This document shows positions 47,580 through 57,694 of a stretch of 64,000 nt of DNA, one piece after another. Origin of the DNA: Paludibacteraceae bacterium (GTDB lineage Bacteria > Bacteroidota > Bacteroidia > Bacteroidales > Paludibacteraceae); contig JAFWXW010000027.1 in assembly GCA_017517845.1 (NCBI GenBank), positions 17,076-81,075 of the forward strand, in the 5' to 3' direction. Under the pieces are notes generated by a model that was not told the DNA's origin, did no database searches, and worked only from the letters and a program-made list of their open reading frames with translations. The translations under genes and the position numbers were made by a program. The stretch's first letter is position 1, and each line of letters opens with the position of its first letter.

Positions 47580-49322
47580 ATGGAAAACAATTTAATTAAC
47601 GATGTAAAGAAAAAAGCTCAAGTATGGTTAGATGGTAACTATGATGAAGCTACTAAGAGTGCAGTACGTGCTATGCTTGAAAACTCTGATTCTACAGAAT
47701 TGGTAGAGTCTTTTTACAAAGACCTAGAGTTTGGTACAGGTGGTTTAAGAGGCATTATGGGTGTAGGAACTAACCGTATGAATATATATACAGTGGGTAG
47801 TGCTACACAAGGTTTAAGTAACTACCTTAAAAAAGAATTTGCAGGAGGACAAATTAGCGTGGTTGTAGGTCACGACAGCCGTAACAACAGCCGTTTATTT
47901 GCAGAAACTGCAGCAGATATTTTCTCTGCAAATGGTATCAAGGTATATTTATTTGAATCACTTCGTCCTACTCCAGAAATCTCATTTGCTATCCGTCATT
48001 TAGGTTGCCAAAGTGGTATCGTAATCACTGCTAGTCACAACCCAAAAGAATATAACGGTTATAAAGCATATTGGTCTGATGGTGCGCAAGTTATCGCTCC
48101 ACACGACCACAATATTATCAACGAAGTAAACAAAATCAAATCTGTAGATGATATCAAATTTCAAGGAAACAAAGAATTAATCCAAATCATCGGTGAAGAT
48201 ATTGACAGTGTTTATCTAGATAAAATCAGTAAATTAACACTTTCTCCAGAGTCAATCAAGAGAAACAAAGACATGAAGATAGTTTATACCCCTATCCACG
48301 GAACAGGTATAACTGTTATTCCTCGTGCTCTTAAAATGTACGGATTTGAAAATATCATTGATGTTCCAGAACAAAACGTTATTTCTGGTGACTTCCCAAC
48401 AGTAATTTCTCCAAACCCAGAAGAACCAGCTGCTCTACAAATGGCTGTAGATAAAGCTAAAGCAATTGATGCAGACATTGTTATGGCATCAGACCCAGAT
48501 GCAGACCGTGTTGGTATCGCAGTGAAAAATGACAAAGGTGAATGGATTTTGGTTAATGGTAACCAAACAGCAATGATGCTAGTTTATTACCTAGTAAAAC
48601 GTTGGTCAGAACTAGGTAAGATTACTGGAAAAGAATATTTAGTAAAAACTATCGTTACCACAGAACTTATTGCTACAATGGCTAAGAAATTTAAAGTTCC
48701 TTATTTCGACTGTTATACAGGCTTTAAATGGATTGCTGCTATCATTCGTGAACAAGAAGGCAAAATGCAATACATAGGCGGTGGTGAAGAAAGTTACGGT
48801 TTCTTATGTCAAGACTTCGTTCGTGACAAAGATGCTGTTTCTGCTTGTGTTATGATTGCAGAAGTGGCTGCTTGGGCAAAAGACAATGGCAAAACCGTTT
48901 ATGAATTAATTCAAGATATTTACCTAGAATTTGGATTCTCAAAAGAAAAAGGTATTTCTGTTGTGAAAAAAGGTAAGAGCGGTGCAGAAGAAATCAAACA
49001 AATGATGTCTGGGTTCCGTGTTGCTCCTCCAAAAGAATTAGCAGGTTCACAAGTAGTAGTAATCAAAGACTACAGCACATTACGTATGATTGATGTTCTA
49101 GCAGGCAAAACCGAGTCTCTAGAAATGCCAGAATCATCTAACGTGCTTCAATACTTCACTGCAGACGGTACTAAAGTTTCTGTTCGTCCTTCTGGTACAG
49201 AACCAAAAATCAAGTTCTATATAGAAGTGAAACTTCCTATCGCTTCTCGCGAAGAATACGACGCAGTAAATGCAGCTGCAGAAGAAAAAGTCCTAGCAGT
49301 TAAGAAATCATTGGGATTATAA
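47580..49322 (+). CDS. pgm: phosphoglucomutase/phosphomannomutase family protein
   Basis: Active-site TASHNPKEYNGYK; metal loop ASDPDADR; GGEESYG. Confidence 0.9.
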   Translation: MENNLINDVKKKAQVWLDGNYDEATKSAVRAMLENSDSTELVESFYKDLEFGTGGLRGIMGVGTNRMNIYTVGSATQGLSNYLKKEFAGGQISVVVGHDSRNNSRLFAETAADIFSANGIKVYLFESLRPTPEISFAIRHLGCQSGIVITASHNPKEYNGYKAYWSDGAQVIAPHDHNIINEVNKIKSVDDIKFQGNKELIQIIGEDIDSVYLDKISKLTLSPESIKRNKDMKIVYTPIHGTGITVIPRALKMYGFENIIDVPEQNVISGDFPTVISPNPEEPAALQMAVDKAKAIDADIVMASDPDADRVGIAVKNDKGEWILVNGNQTAMMLVYYLVKRWSELGKITGKEYLVKTIVTTELIATMAKKFKVPYFDCYTGFKWIAAIIREQEGKMQYIGGGEESYGFLCQDFVRDKDAVSACVMIAEVAAWAKDNGKTVYELIQDIYLEFGFSKEKGISVVKKGKSGAEEIKQMMSGFRVAPPKELAGSQVVVIKDYSTLRMIDVLAGKTESLEMPESSNVLQYFTADGTKVSVRPSGTEPKIKFYIEVKLPIASREEYDAVNAAAEEKVLAVKKSLGL

Positions 49323-49342
49323 AATAATACTAGATAAAAACG

Positions 49343-49378
49343 ATAATGGCCTCAAGAAATTGAGGTCATTATTTTTTT
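49343..49378 (+). terminator. pgm terminator hairpin, direct-repeat copy 1
   Basis: AATAATGGCCTCAA-GAAA-TTGAGGTCATTATT + T-run; near-identical copy at 50467-50503. Confidence 0.65.
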
Positions 49379-49397
49379 GTATGCGGTTGGAGATTTA

Positions 49398-50273
49398 TTA
49401 TTTCAACTTATTTAAAATATCTTCTGCTGTTATTGAGTTTAACAATGTTACTGCACAGAGTTTCTGACCAATGTCTTTTATTGAGGCTCCTATATGATAA
49501 ACTTTATTATCTACAATCATAAATCTGTCGTGACAAGTTTTGTTCACATACACAGTTACTGGTGGATATTGAATATTATGTTTATCTAAATCATGAGTAA
49601 ATTGTTCACTCTTTTTATAAGTGTAAATTTCTGCTATCAAACCTGTTTTACGTTTTGATAGTAATGTTAAAACAGAATCATCAACATAATTATCTATAAT
49701 GATAATGCGAACTTTTGCTTGTTTTACCAAATCAGACATCAAAATATGAGCATCAAAGACTTGATTATTGTGAAATACTCCTTCTACTGGTGGTAATGAA
49801 GTACGAACAAAGAAGTCAACCTGCTCTGTAAGATGCTCAATCTTTTGTTCGTGCTCGTATAGTTTATTATCAATCTTATTTTCAAGAGTTTCAATGCGTT
49901 GATTAACAGCATATCCACGAAGTAAATAATCTTTCAAGACTTTATTCGCCCATTGGCGAAATTGAACTCCTTGTTTACTTTTAACCCGATAACCAACAGA
50001 TGTTATAACTTCTATATTGTAATATTCTACATTGTATGTTTTACCATCCGTCGCAGTTGTCGCAAAATTTGCGACAACTGAACAATTAGATAATTCTTCA
50101 CGTAATGCATTATTAATGTGTTTGCCAATAGTTTTGATGTCACGTCCAAAAAGTTGTGCTATTTGTTGTCTGTTCAACCAAACAGTTTCATTTTCCAAGC
50201 GTACTTCTAAACTAATACTCTCATTAGGAGAATAAAGAATGATTTGATTTTGATCTAAATTTTGATTTTTCAT
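49398..50273 (-). CDS. RhuM family (virulence RhuM-like) protein
   Basis: WLNRQQIAQLFGRDIKTIGKHINN...YYNIEVITSVGYRVKSKQGVQFRQWANKVLKDYLLRGYAVNQR matches the RhuM family core as I recall it; C-terminal HDRF...HIGASIKDIGQK module. Confidence 0.75.
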   Translation of the reverse strand: MKNQNLDQNQIILYSPNESISLEVRLENETVWLNRQQIAQLFGRDIKTIGKHINNALREELSNCSVVANFATTATDGKTYNVEYYNIEVITSVGYRVKSKQGVQFRQWANKVLKDYLLRGYAVNQRIETLENKIDNKLYEHEQKIEHLTEQVDFFVRTSLPPVEGVFHNNQVFDAHILMSDLVKQAKVRIIIIDNYVDDSVLTLLSKRKTGLIAEIYTYKKSEQFTHDLDKHNIQYPPVTVYVNKTCHDRFMIVDNKVYHIGASIKDIGQKLCAVTLLNSITAEDILNKLK

Positions 50274-50395
50274 AATTACTAAGAATTAAGATTTATAGTT
50301 CAGTTAATTAAAACAAAAGTTGCTGTTTGTGGCATTAATTTTACAATTACAAACACAACTTCAAGACCTGTTCCTTGTTGAGTTCAAGGGTGTTA

Positions 50396-50403
50396 CAAAG
50401 GTA
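50396..50403 (-). promoter_or_regulatory. -7 box (CAAAGGTA on plus strand) for the RhuM gene
   Basis: Inside the cassette, about 120 nt upstream of ATG 50273. Confidence 0.3.
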
Positions 50404-50466
50404 GCAAAAACTAGCGAAATAACAAAACATAAATATAGGCATAAATATCAATATAGGGTAATAAAA

Positions 50467-50503
50467 ATAATGACCTCAAGAGATTGAGGTCATTATTTTT
50501 TTT
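50467..50503. terminator. terminator hairpin, direct-repeat copy 2
   Basis: AATAATGACCTCAA-GAGA-TTGAGGTCATTATT + T8; differs from copy 1 at two positions within the hairpin. Confidence 0.6.
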
Positions 50504-50522
50504 ATGGTAATTTAAAAGAAAA

Positions 50523-50720
50523 TTAATCCATAGATTTTCTGGTGCAGAATACGTGAAGGATTGCACCAATTAATAATAATGCACCACCAATCATTAGCAT
50601 TGTGTTGCTATATTGTGCTGTGGTAAGGAATGATTGAGCGATTAAAACAATTGCTCCGATAAGAACTACTATAACGCCTAAGAATCTCATAATATTTAGT
50701 TTTTTTATTTGGTTATGCAA
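50523..50720 (-). CDS. small two-helix membrane protein
   Basis: FLGVIVVLIGAIVLIAQSF and MLMIGGALLLIGAILHVF helices; true start may be the internal MRFLG. Confidence 0.4.
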   Translation of the reverse strand: MHNQIKKLNIMRFLGVIVVLIGAIVLIAQSFLTTAQYSNTMLMIGGALLLIGAILHVFCTRKSMD

Positions 50721-50778
50721 ATTTGTATTTGTAATGCAAAGTAAATCAATATTTTTTATCTATACAAAGAAATGATAG

Positions 50779-52707
50779 TTAAATTTCAGTTTCTTCAAAC
50801 ATTTCTTCATTTATATCCTGGTCTATCCTTAAATTTTCGATAATAAAGTTTTGTCTTTCTGCGGTATTCTCTCCCATATAGAAACGTAGAAGTTGGTTTA
50901 CCGCATCTTCTTTGTTTAAACTAACAGGTTCCAATCTTATGTCTTTGCCAATGAAATGCTTAAATTCATCTGGTGAGATTTCACCTAGACCTTTGAATCG
51001 GGTTATTTCTGCTTTGGCACCAACTGCTTTAATTGCCGCTATTTTTTCTTCGTCGGTGTAGCAATAATGTGTCTCTTTTTTATTCCTAACCCTAAATAGT
51101 GGAGTTTGTAGAATATATACGTGACCAGCCTTAACTAATTCTGGGTAGAATTGTAGGAAGAAACTCATAAGAAGTAGTCTAATGTGCATGCCATCATCAT
51201 CGGCATCGGTGGCTATTATGACTTTGTTGTATCTTAGATTTTCCAATCCGTCATCTATGTTGAGTGCAGCTTGCAGAAGGTTGAATTCTTCGTTCTTGTA
51301 AGCCTCCACTTTGCTCATTCCATAACAGTTAAGTGGTTTCCCTCTAAGCGAGAAAACAGCCTGTGTTTTTACATCTCTACTAGTGGTAATAGATCCGCTT
51401 GCAGAGTCGCCCTCGGTGATAAATATGCAGCTTTCAGACCTTCTATCTCCTTTGTTATCATTGAAGTGAATATGACAATCACGAAGTTTTCTATTGTGCA
51501 TATTTACTTTTTTGGCCCTTTCTCTTTCTTGCTTGGAAACATTGGCAATTGCCTTACGTTCACGCTCAGAAGCCTGTATTTTCTTCAAAAGAACCTCTGT
51601 CATTTCTGCATTCTTATGTAAATAATTGTCTAGTTCCTTTTTAAGGAAATCACCAACAAATTTATTCACACTTAATCCAGAAAGTGCATATGGATTTCCG
51701 TCTTTATCTTTGTCTGGAGCCATATTAGTGGAACCTAATTTGATTTTGGTTTGACTTTCAAATGTAGGTTCAATAACATTTATGGCAATAGTGGCAACAA
51801 TACCACTTCTAATGTCTTGAAGTTCAAAGTTTTTTCCGTAAAAATCTTTGATGGTACGAGCAATGTGTTCTTTTAATGCAGTTTGGTGTGTACCTCCCTG
51901 CGTAGTGTGCTGACCATTGACAAACGAGTAATATTCTTCTCCATATTGATTGGAGTGAGTAAATGCAATCTCAATATCTTCACCTTTTAAATGAACTATA
52001 GGGTAAAGAATATCTGTAGTACATTTCTCATTAAGTAAGTCCAAAAGACCATTTTTTGAAACGAATTTTTGCTTGTTGAACCAAATTACCAAACCTTGGT
52101 TTAGATAACAATAGTTTCTAAGCATGGTTTCTACATATTCAAATCTGAAATGGTAATTTCCAAATATGGTGGTGTCTGTATCTGGTGTGAAACAGATATA
52201 AGTTCCGTTCTTTTCGGTAGTTGGTTCTAGGTCATATTCTTTGACTAATACACCCTTGGAAAATTCTGCTTTTTTTGCCATTCCATCACGGTAAGAAATA
52301 GCTACAAATGAAGAAGAAAGGGCATTGACCGCTTTGGTACCCACACCATTTAAACCAACAGATTTTTGGAATGATTTTGTGTCATATTTTGCCCCTGTAT
52401 TCATTGTTCCAACACAATCTACAAGTTTCCCTTGTGGAATGCCTCGTCCATAATCTCTAACACTTACTTCTCGTTCGTTAATGTTGATTTCTATTTGATT
52501 ACCGAAGTTCATTCTAAACTCGTCAATAGAGTTGTCTATAACTTCTTTAAGGAGTACATAAATACCATCATCATTAGAAGAACCATCGCCAAGTTTACCT
52601 ATGTACATACCAGGACGTAGGCGAACGTGTTGGAGACCTTCTAATGTAATAATATTATCTTCTGCGTAGTCGTGTGCTTTATTGGGAGTATTTGCAATAT
52701 CACTCAT
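50779..52707 (-). CDS. parE: type IIA topoisomerase subunit B (topoisomerase IV ParE-like)
   Basis: GHKL blocks [27 protein letters not shown]; Toprim ITEGDSASG and [11 protein letters not shown]; ATG 52707 preferred over GTG 52725, which abuts the -7 box at 52728-52735. Confidence 0.85.
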   Translation of the reverse strand: MSDIANTPNKAHDYAEDNIITLEGLQHVRLRPGMYIGKLGDGSSNDDGIYVLLKEVIDNSIDEFRMNFGNQIEININEREVSVRDYGRGIPQGKLVDCVGTMNTGAKYDTKSFQKSVGLNGVGTKAVNALSSSFVAISYRDGMAKKAEFSKGVLVKEYDLEPTTEKNGTYICFTPDTDTTIFGNYHFRFEYVETMLRNYCYLNQGLVIWFNKQKFVSKNGLLDLLNEKCTTDILYPIVHLKGEDIEIAFTHSNQYGEEYYSFVNGQHTTQGGTHQTALKEHIARTIKDFYGKNFELQDIRSGIVATIAINVIEPTFESQTKIKLGSTNMAPDKDKDGNPYALSGLSVNKFVGDFLKKELDNYLHKNAEMTEVLLKKIQASERERKAIANVSKQERERAKKVNMHNRKLRDCHIHFNDNKGDRRSESCIFITEGDSASGSITTSRDVKTQAVFSLRGKPLNCYGMSKVEAYKNEEFNLLQAALNIDDGLENLRYNKVIIATDADDDGMHIRLLLMSFFLQFYPELVKAGHVYILQTPLFRVRNKKETHYCYTDEEKIAAIKAVGAKAEITRFKGLGEISPDEFKHFIGKDIRLEPVSLNKEDAVNQLLRFYMGENTAERQNFIIENLRIDQDINEEMFEETEI

Positions 52708-52727
52708 ATATTTGATTTTAGGCACTA

Positions 52728-52735
52728 CAAATATA
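52728..52735 (-). promoter_or_regulatory. -7 box (CAAATATA on plus strand) for parE
   Basis: 20 nt upstream of ATG 52707. Confidence 0.35.
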
Positions 52736-52782
52736 ATAAATTTAATTAAATATTAAAAGTGTAGAATTGCTTAAAATCTCAA

Positions 52783-53268
52783 TTATTTATTAATTATGAG
52801 TGGTTTGTTGAGGTATTCTGGTCTGGGACAGATATAAAATGGAAGAAATTGGGTCGTTTTATATAAACCTTTTGGAAATACAGCATAATCTTTCCAGATG
52901 TTTATATTCTCTGCAGGATATTTATTGAAATAGTTTCGGTCTGTAAAGTATATATATTGATTTACTTTATTTTTAACCTTTTCGTAAACCACTACGTAAT
53001 CACTATTGTGATTTGCATAGTATGCGACGGCACTATCAAACTGTTCTGGAGAAATTCCATGTTTATCAAAAAGTTTGGTGTATAGGATTCTACTATCTGT
53101 AGATGAAATTATGTTTTCTCGTTCTAGAGCTTCTGATAAGTGAATGTCAAAAAGAAAATTGGCCATATTATTAGTATTTTCTATTAATGGGTTTGTATTA
53201 TTAACCTCGTTATTTGAACATGAGATTAATAATACAATAGATGATAATATGACTAATAGTTTCTTCAT
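52783..53268 (-). CDS. lipoprotein (resembles DUF4296 family)
   Basis: Lipobox LLISCS; overlaps lspA stop; family name from memory of conserved lspA neighbour. Confidence 0.5.
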   Translation of the reverse strand: MKKLLVILSSIVLLISCSNNEVNNTNPLIENTNNMANFLFDIHLSEALERENIISSTDSRILYTKLFDKHGISPEQFDSAVAYYANHNSDYVVVYEKVKNKVNQYIYFTDRNYFNKYPAENINIWKDYAVFPKGLYKTTQFLPFYICPRPEYLNKPLIINK

Positions 53269-53819
53269 TTATATAGTCGCTTTTCAAATATCAATAATAA
53301 GAATATTCCAATACAAATGGCTGAATCTGCCAGGTTAAAAATAGGGGAGAAGAAAATAAAATGTTCTCCACCTACCCACGGAATCCAATCCCAGAAATGT
53401 CCTTCTATAAGTGGAAAGTATAACATATCAACCACTCTTCCATAGAAATATGGGGCATAATCAAACCACTGACCATAGAAAACACAGTCTATAATATTTC
53501 CTGTGGCTCCTGCCAATATTAGGCTTATACAGGTTAAGAATAACCAACTTTCATTCTTTTTTATGCTATATGCTAAGTAACCAGTTATGCCCAATGATGC
53601 AATGATTCGGAAAATGGTTAAGAAAATTTTATTTCCCCATTCTATTCCAAACGCCATTCCATTATTCTCAACGAATAAAAGTCTAAACCAAGAAAAGATA
53701 TATAATTCCTCATATAATTCAAATGAGGTTTTGACCCAGATTTTAGAAACCTGGTCTAATAGTAGTATTATAAAAACAAGAGAGGCACTATACAGTGCCT
53801 TTTTTGTGATAGAGTTCAT
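53265..53819 (-). CDS. lspA: lipoprotein signal peptidase II
   Basis: NNGMAFG and FNLADSAI conserved boxes. Confidence 0.85.
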   Translation of the reverse strand: MNSITKKALYSASLVFIILLLDQVSKIWVKTSFELYEELYIFSWFRLLFVENNGMAFGIEWGNKIFLTIFRIIASLGITGYLAYSIKKNESWLFLTCISLILAGATGNIIDCVFYGQWFDYAPYFYGRVVDMLYFPLIEGHFWDWIPWVGGEHFIFFSPIFNLADSAICIGIFLLLIFEKRLYK

Positions 53820-53821
53820 AT

Positions 53822-54199
53822 TTATTTTTTACCTTCTTTTGCTTCTATACTTAGAGTAGCATGAGGAACAGCACGAAGTCTTTCTTTAGGAATTAACTTA
53901 CCAGTTACTCTGCAAATTCCGTAAGTTTTGTTCTCTATACGTACCAAAGCAGCTTGTAAGTTTTGAATAAACTTCATTAAGTGCTGTGCACTGCGTCCTA
54001 TTTCTTCTTTATTACTTGCAGCTGCTCCGTCTTCTAGCACCTTAAATGTAGGAGATGTGTCATTAATGTCGTTACCATCTACATTATTTAGTGCTTTTCT
54101 ATAGACTTCGTAGTCTGCGTTAGCTTGCTCTAATTTTTGGTTAATAAGTGCACGGAATTCTTCTAGCTCCGCGTCACTATATCTAGTTTTTTCAGCCAT
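53822..54199 (-). CDS. TraR/DksA family protein
   Basis: Coiled-coil N-half and C-terminal YGICRVTGKLIPKERLRAVPHATLSIEAKE. Confidence 0.75.
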   Translation of the reverse strand: MAEKTRYSDAELEEFRALINQKLEQANADYEVYRKALNNVDGNDINDTSPTFKVLEDGAAASNKEEIGRSAQHLMKFIQNLQAALVRIENKTYGICRVTGKLIPKERLRAVPHATLSIEAKEGKK

Positions 54200-54283
54200 A
54201 TAACGTAATGATTTTAAAGTATAATGCGAATATATGAAAAATATTCTATATTAACTAATCATTTACGTCCTTTTTATTAACAA

Positions 54284-57200
54284 TTAAGCTTTTTCTAATA
54301 GAATAAATATGTTTTCTGCACCGAATTCTATTTCTTCACCATTTTTTGCATCATAGTTGTCTGATAATTCTAGATTGTCACACAAAATTTGTGCTAGAAT
54401 ATATTCTTTGTGGTTATTGATAGCATTATTAATGTCAGAGAAATTTTCTCCTTGTGCATATACCGAAATATTTATGCGGTCTGTGATTTCCAAACCATTA
54501 GACTTTCTCAAGTTTTGGATACGGTTTATAAGTTCACGAGCAGTACCTTCTGCTTCCAATTCGGCAGTAAGAGTAATGTCAAGTGCAATAGTCAATTTTC
54601 CTTCATTAGCCACTAACCAACCTGGAATATCTTCTGAGAAAATAGCCACATCTTCTGTACTAATTTCTATTTCTGCTGCGTCAATATTTACTTTGTAGAA
54701 ACCATCAGCCTCAAAGCGGTAGATTTCTTCTTGAGAAAGATTTTGAAGTGTATTAGCCACAGTCTTCATATTCTTACCGCATTTAGGACCAAGCTTTTTG
54801 AAGTCTGGTTTGATACGTTTCACAAATACACCTTGTGAATCGGTAACTATTTCTATATCTTTAATATTAAGCTCGTTTTTAAGCAAATCCTCTACACTCT
54901 TAATGTGAGAGTCTGTAGTGGCATCTGCACTAGGAATCATAATGCGACTTAATGGTTGGCGAACTTTAATATTAGCCTTTTTACGTAGAGCTAGTGCCAA
55001 TGATGTTATGCTTTGGGCAATATCCATCTTGTCTTCCAATTCGCTATTGATTAATTCCTCATTAACTTCTGGGAATTTGCATAAGTGAACAGAAATTTCT
55101 GAGAATCTACCAGTTGCATTGTTTAAGTCGCAGAACAAACGGTCTGCGTAGAATGGAGCAATAGGAGCCATTAATCTAGCAACGGTTTCCAAACATGTGT
55201 AAAGAGTTTGGTATGCAGAAAGTTTGTCTGTATCCATTTTGCCTGCCCAATAACGTTTTCTGTTTAGACGAACATACCAGTTACTTAAACTTTCTGTAAC
55301 AAAATCAGAAATAGCACGTCCTGCACGTGTAGGCTCGTATGCATCAAATCCGTCCTTAACATCTTTAATCAAGGTGTTAAGTTTAGAAAGAATCCATTGG
55401 TCTATCTCTGGGCGTTCATTCATAGGAACTTCTGCTTCTGCGTATGTGAAATTATCCACATTGGCATAAAGAGCAAAGAATGAATATGTATTATAAAGTG
55501 TGCCAAAGAATTTTCTAAGTACTTCTTCTACACCAGCAGGGTCAAATTTTAAGTTGTCCCAAGGAGCAGAGTTGGTCATCATATACCAACGCACTGAGTC
55601 TGCACCATATTTCTCAATAGCATTAAATGGATCTACAGAGTTGCCTAAACGTTTAGACATCTTGTTGCCATTTTTATCTAGAACTAGACCGTTTGAGATT
55701 ACATTTTTAAATGCCACAGAACCTTTGATCATGGTAGAAATGGCATGTAAAGTAAAGAACCAACCACGAGTTTGATCTACGCCTTCATTAATGAAATCTG
55801 CTGGGAAGAACTTGTTCTCGTCTATAAGTTCTTTGTTTTCAAATGGATAGTGAAGTTGTGCGTATGGCATAGCACCAGAGTCAAACCAAACATCTATAAG
55901 GTCTGATTCACGATACATAGGTTTGCCAGAAGCAGATACTAATACTATATTATCCACGTATGGACGGTGTAAGTCAATATTTTCTGTGCTGTAGTTTTCT
56001 TTTGAATAATCACCCACTTTAAAGTTTTTGAATGGGTTTTCACTCATAAAGCCTGCGGCAATAGATTTTTCTATTTCATTCATTAGTTCTTCTATAGAAC
56101 CAATACAGATTTCTTCTTTGCCTTCTTCTGTACGCCAGATTGGAAGTGGAGTTCCCCAATAACGACTACGAGAAAGGTTCCAGTCTTGTAAGTTTTCCAA
56201 CCATTTACCAAAACGACCAGCACCAGTAGAAGCAGGTTTCCAGTTGATAGTTTTATTTAGTTCTACCATTTCGTCTTTACAAGCAGTAGAACGAATAAAC
56301 CAACTATCTAGAGGGTAATAAAGCACAGGTTTGTCTGTACGCCAGCAGTGAGGATAGTTGTGAGTGTGTTTTTCTATCTTGAATGCTTGACCTTTTTGTT
56401 TTAGGTACATACAGATAGAAATATCCAATGTTTCGTCTTGGTCGGTAAGGTTTGCATCGTATGCATTTTTGACAAAACGGCCAGCGAATTCTTTATAAGC
56501 ATCTACGTTTACATATTTAGATACATATTCTGCGTCCAAGTCTTCGATTGTATAGAATTTACCTTGTAAATCTACTAGTGGACGAAGATTTCCGTTTTTA
56601 TCTATTACTTGCATTGGAGGAATGCCAGCAGCTTTGGCTACACGTGCGTCATCTGCACCAAATGTAGGAGCGATGTGAACTATACCTGTACCATCTTCTG
56701 TGGTAACATAGTCACCAGCGATTACTCTAAATGCACCCTCTTCTATAGGAGTGAAGAAAGGAAGAAGTGGTTCGTACTCTAAGCCAACTATCTCAGAACC
56801 TTTAAATGTTTCGGCAGGACATTCTGCATCTTTAAAATATGCTTTGAATAAGTCTTTTGCCAAAATTACTTCTATATCTTCCTTTGTATAAGGATTTTGT
56901 GTTGCGTATCGAACATAATCTATATTTGGACCAACACATAGAGCAGTGTTAGAAGAAAGTGTCCATGGAGTAGTGGTCCATGCTAGAATATATAGATTTT
57001 CTTCACCTTTAACTTTGAATTGAGCAGTAACAGTAGTATCTTTTACATCACGATAACAGCCAGGTTGGTTAAGTTCGTGTGAACTCAAACCACTACCAGC
57101 AGCAGGTGAATATGGTTGGATAGTATAACCTTTGTATAGAAGACCTTTGTTATAAAGTTGTTTTAGTAACCACCATAAACTTTCTATATAGTCGTTGGTA

Positions 57201-57658
57201 TATGTGATATATGGGTTTTCCATATCTATCCAGTAACCCATTTTACTGGTCAAACTTTCCCATTCTTTGGTATATTTCATCACGTCTTTGCGACAGTGTG
57301 AATTATAATCCTCTACAGAGATAGTATTACCGATGTCTTCTTTTGTAATGCCAAGTGCTTTTTCTACACCAAGTTCTACAGGAAGACCATGAGTGTCCCA
57401 ACCTGCTTTACGAGTAACCTTAAATCCTTGCATAGTTTTGTAACGAAGGAAAAGGTCTTTGATAGAACGAGCCATAACGTGGTGAATACCAGGCATACCG
57501 TTGGCAGAAGGTGGTCCTTCAAAGAAAACGAATGGAGTGCAACCCTCTCTAGTCTCTATACTTTTCTTGAAAACATCATTCTTTTCCCATTCTGCTTGTA
57601 CTTCTTTGCCCACAGCAGATAGGTTAAATTGTTGATACTCTGTAAATTTCTTGCTCAT
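54284..57658 (-). CDS. ileS: isoleucine--tRNA ligase
   Basis: HIGH-type PSANGMPGIHH, KMSKS KMSKRLGN; 1124 aa. Confidence 0.95.
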   Translation of the reverse strand: MSKKFTEYQQFNLSAVGKEVQAEWEKNDVFKKSIETREGCTPFVFFEGPPSANGMPGIHHVMARSIKDLFLRYKTMQGFKVTRKAGWDTHGLPVELGVEKALGITKEDIGNTISVEDYNSHCRKDVMKYTKEWESLTSKMGYWIDMENPYITYTNDYIESLWWLLKQLYNKGLLYKGYTIQPYSPAAGSGLSSHELNQPGCYRDVKDTTVTAQFKVKGEENLYILAWTTTPWTLSSNTALCVGPNIDYVRYATQNPYTKEDIEVILAKDLFKAYFKDAECPAETFKGSEIVGLEYEPLLPFFTPIEEGAFRVIAGDYVTTEDGTGIVHIAPTFGADDARVAKAAGIPPMQVIDKNGNLRPLVDLQGKFYTIEDLDAEYVSKYVNVDAYKEFAGRFVKNAYDANLTDQDETLDISICMYLKQKGQAFKIEKHTHNYPHCWRTDKPVLYYPLDSWFIRSTACKDEMVELNKTINWKPASTGAGRFGKWLENLQDWNLSRSRYWGTPLPIWRTEEGKEEICIGSIEELMNEIEKSIAAGFMSENPFKNFKVGDYSKENYSTENIDLHRPYVDNIVLVSASGKPMYRESDLIDVWFDSGAMPYAQLHYPFENKELIDENKFFPADFINEGVDQTRGWFFTLHAISTMIKGSVAFKNVISNGLVLDKNGNKMSKRLGNSVDPFNAIEKYGADSVRWYMMTNSAPWDNLKFDPAGVEEVLRKFFGTLYNTYSFFALYANVDNFTYAEAEVPMNERPEIDQWILSKLNTLIKDVKDGFDAYEPTRAGRAISDFVTESLSNWYVRLNRKRYWAGKMDTDKLSAYQTLYTCLETVARLMAPIAPFYADRLFCDLNNATGRFSEISVHLCKFPEVNEELINSELEDKMDIAQSITSLALALRKKANIKVRQPLSRIMIPSADATTDSHIKSVEDLLKNELNIKDIEIVTDSQGVFVKRIKPDFKKLGPKCGKNMKTVANTLQNLSQEEIYRFEADGFYKVNIDAAEIEISTEDVAIFSEDIPGWLVANEGKLTIALDITLTAELEAEGTARELINRIQNLRKSNGLEITDRINISVYAQGENFSDINNAINNHKEYILAQILCDNLELSDNYDAKNGEEIEFGAENIFILLEKA

Positions 57659-57694
57659 ATTGTTGTGTTTTTTATTTTCTAAATTCTAATTATT

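Noticed and set aside
50300-50400. tRNA-like T-arm (CCTTG-TTGAGTT-CAAGG) upstream of the RhuM gene
   Set aside because: It is an isolated 5-bp hairpin with no acceptor, D or anticodon arms around it.
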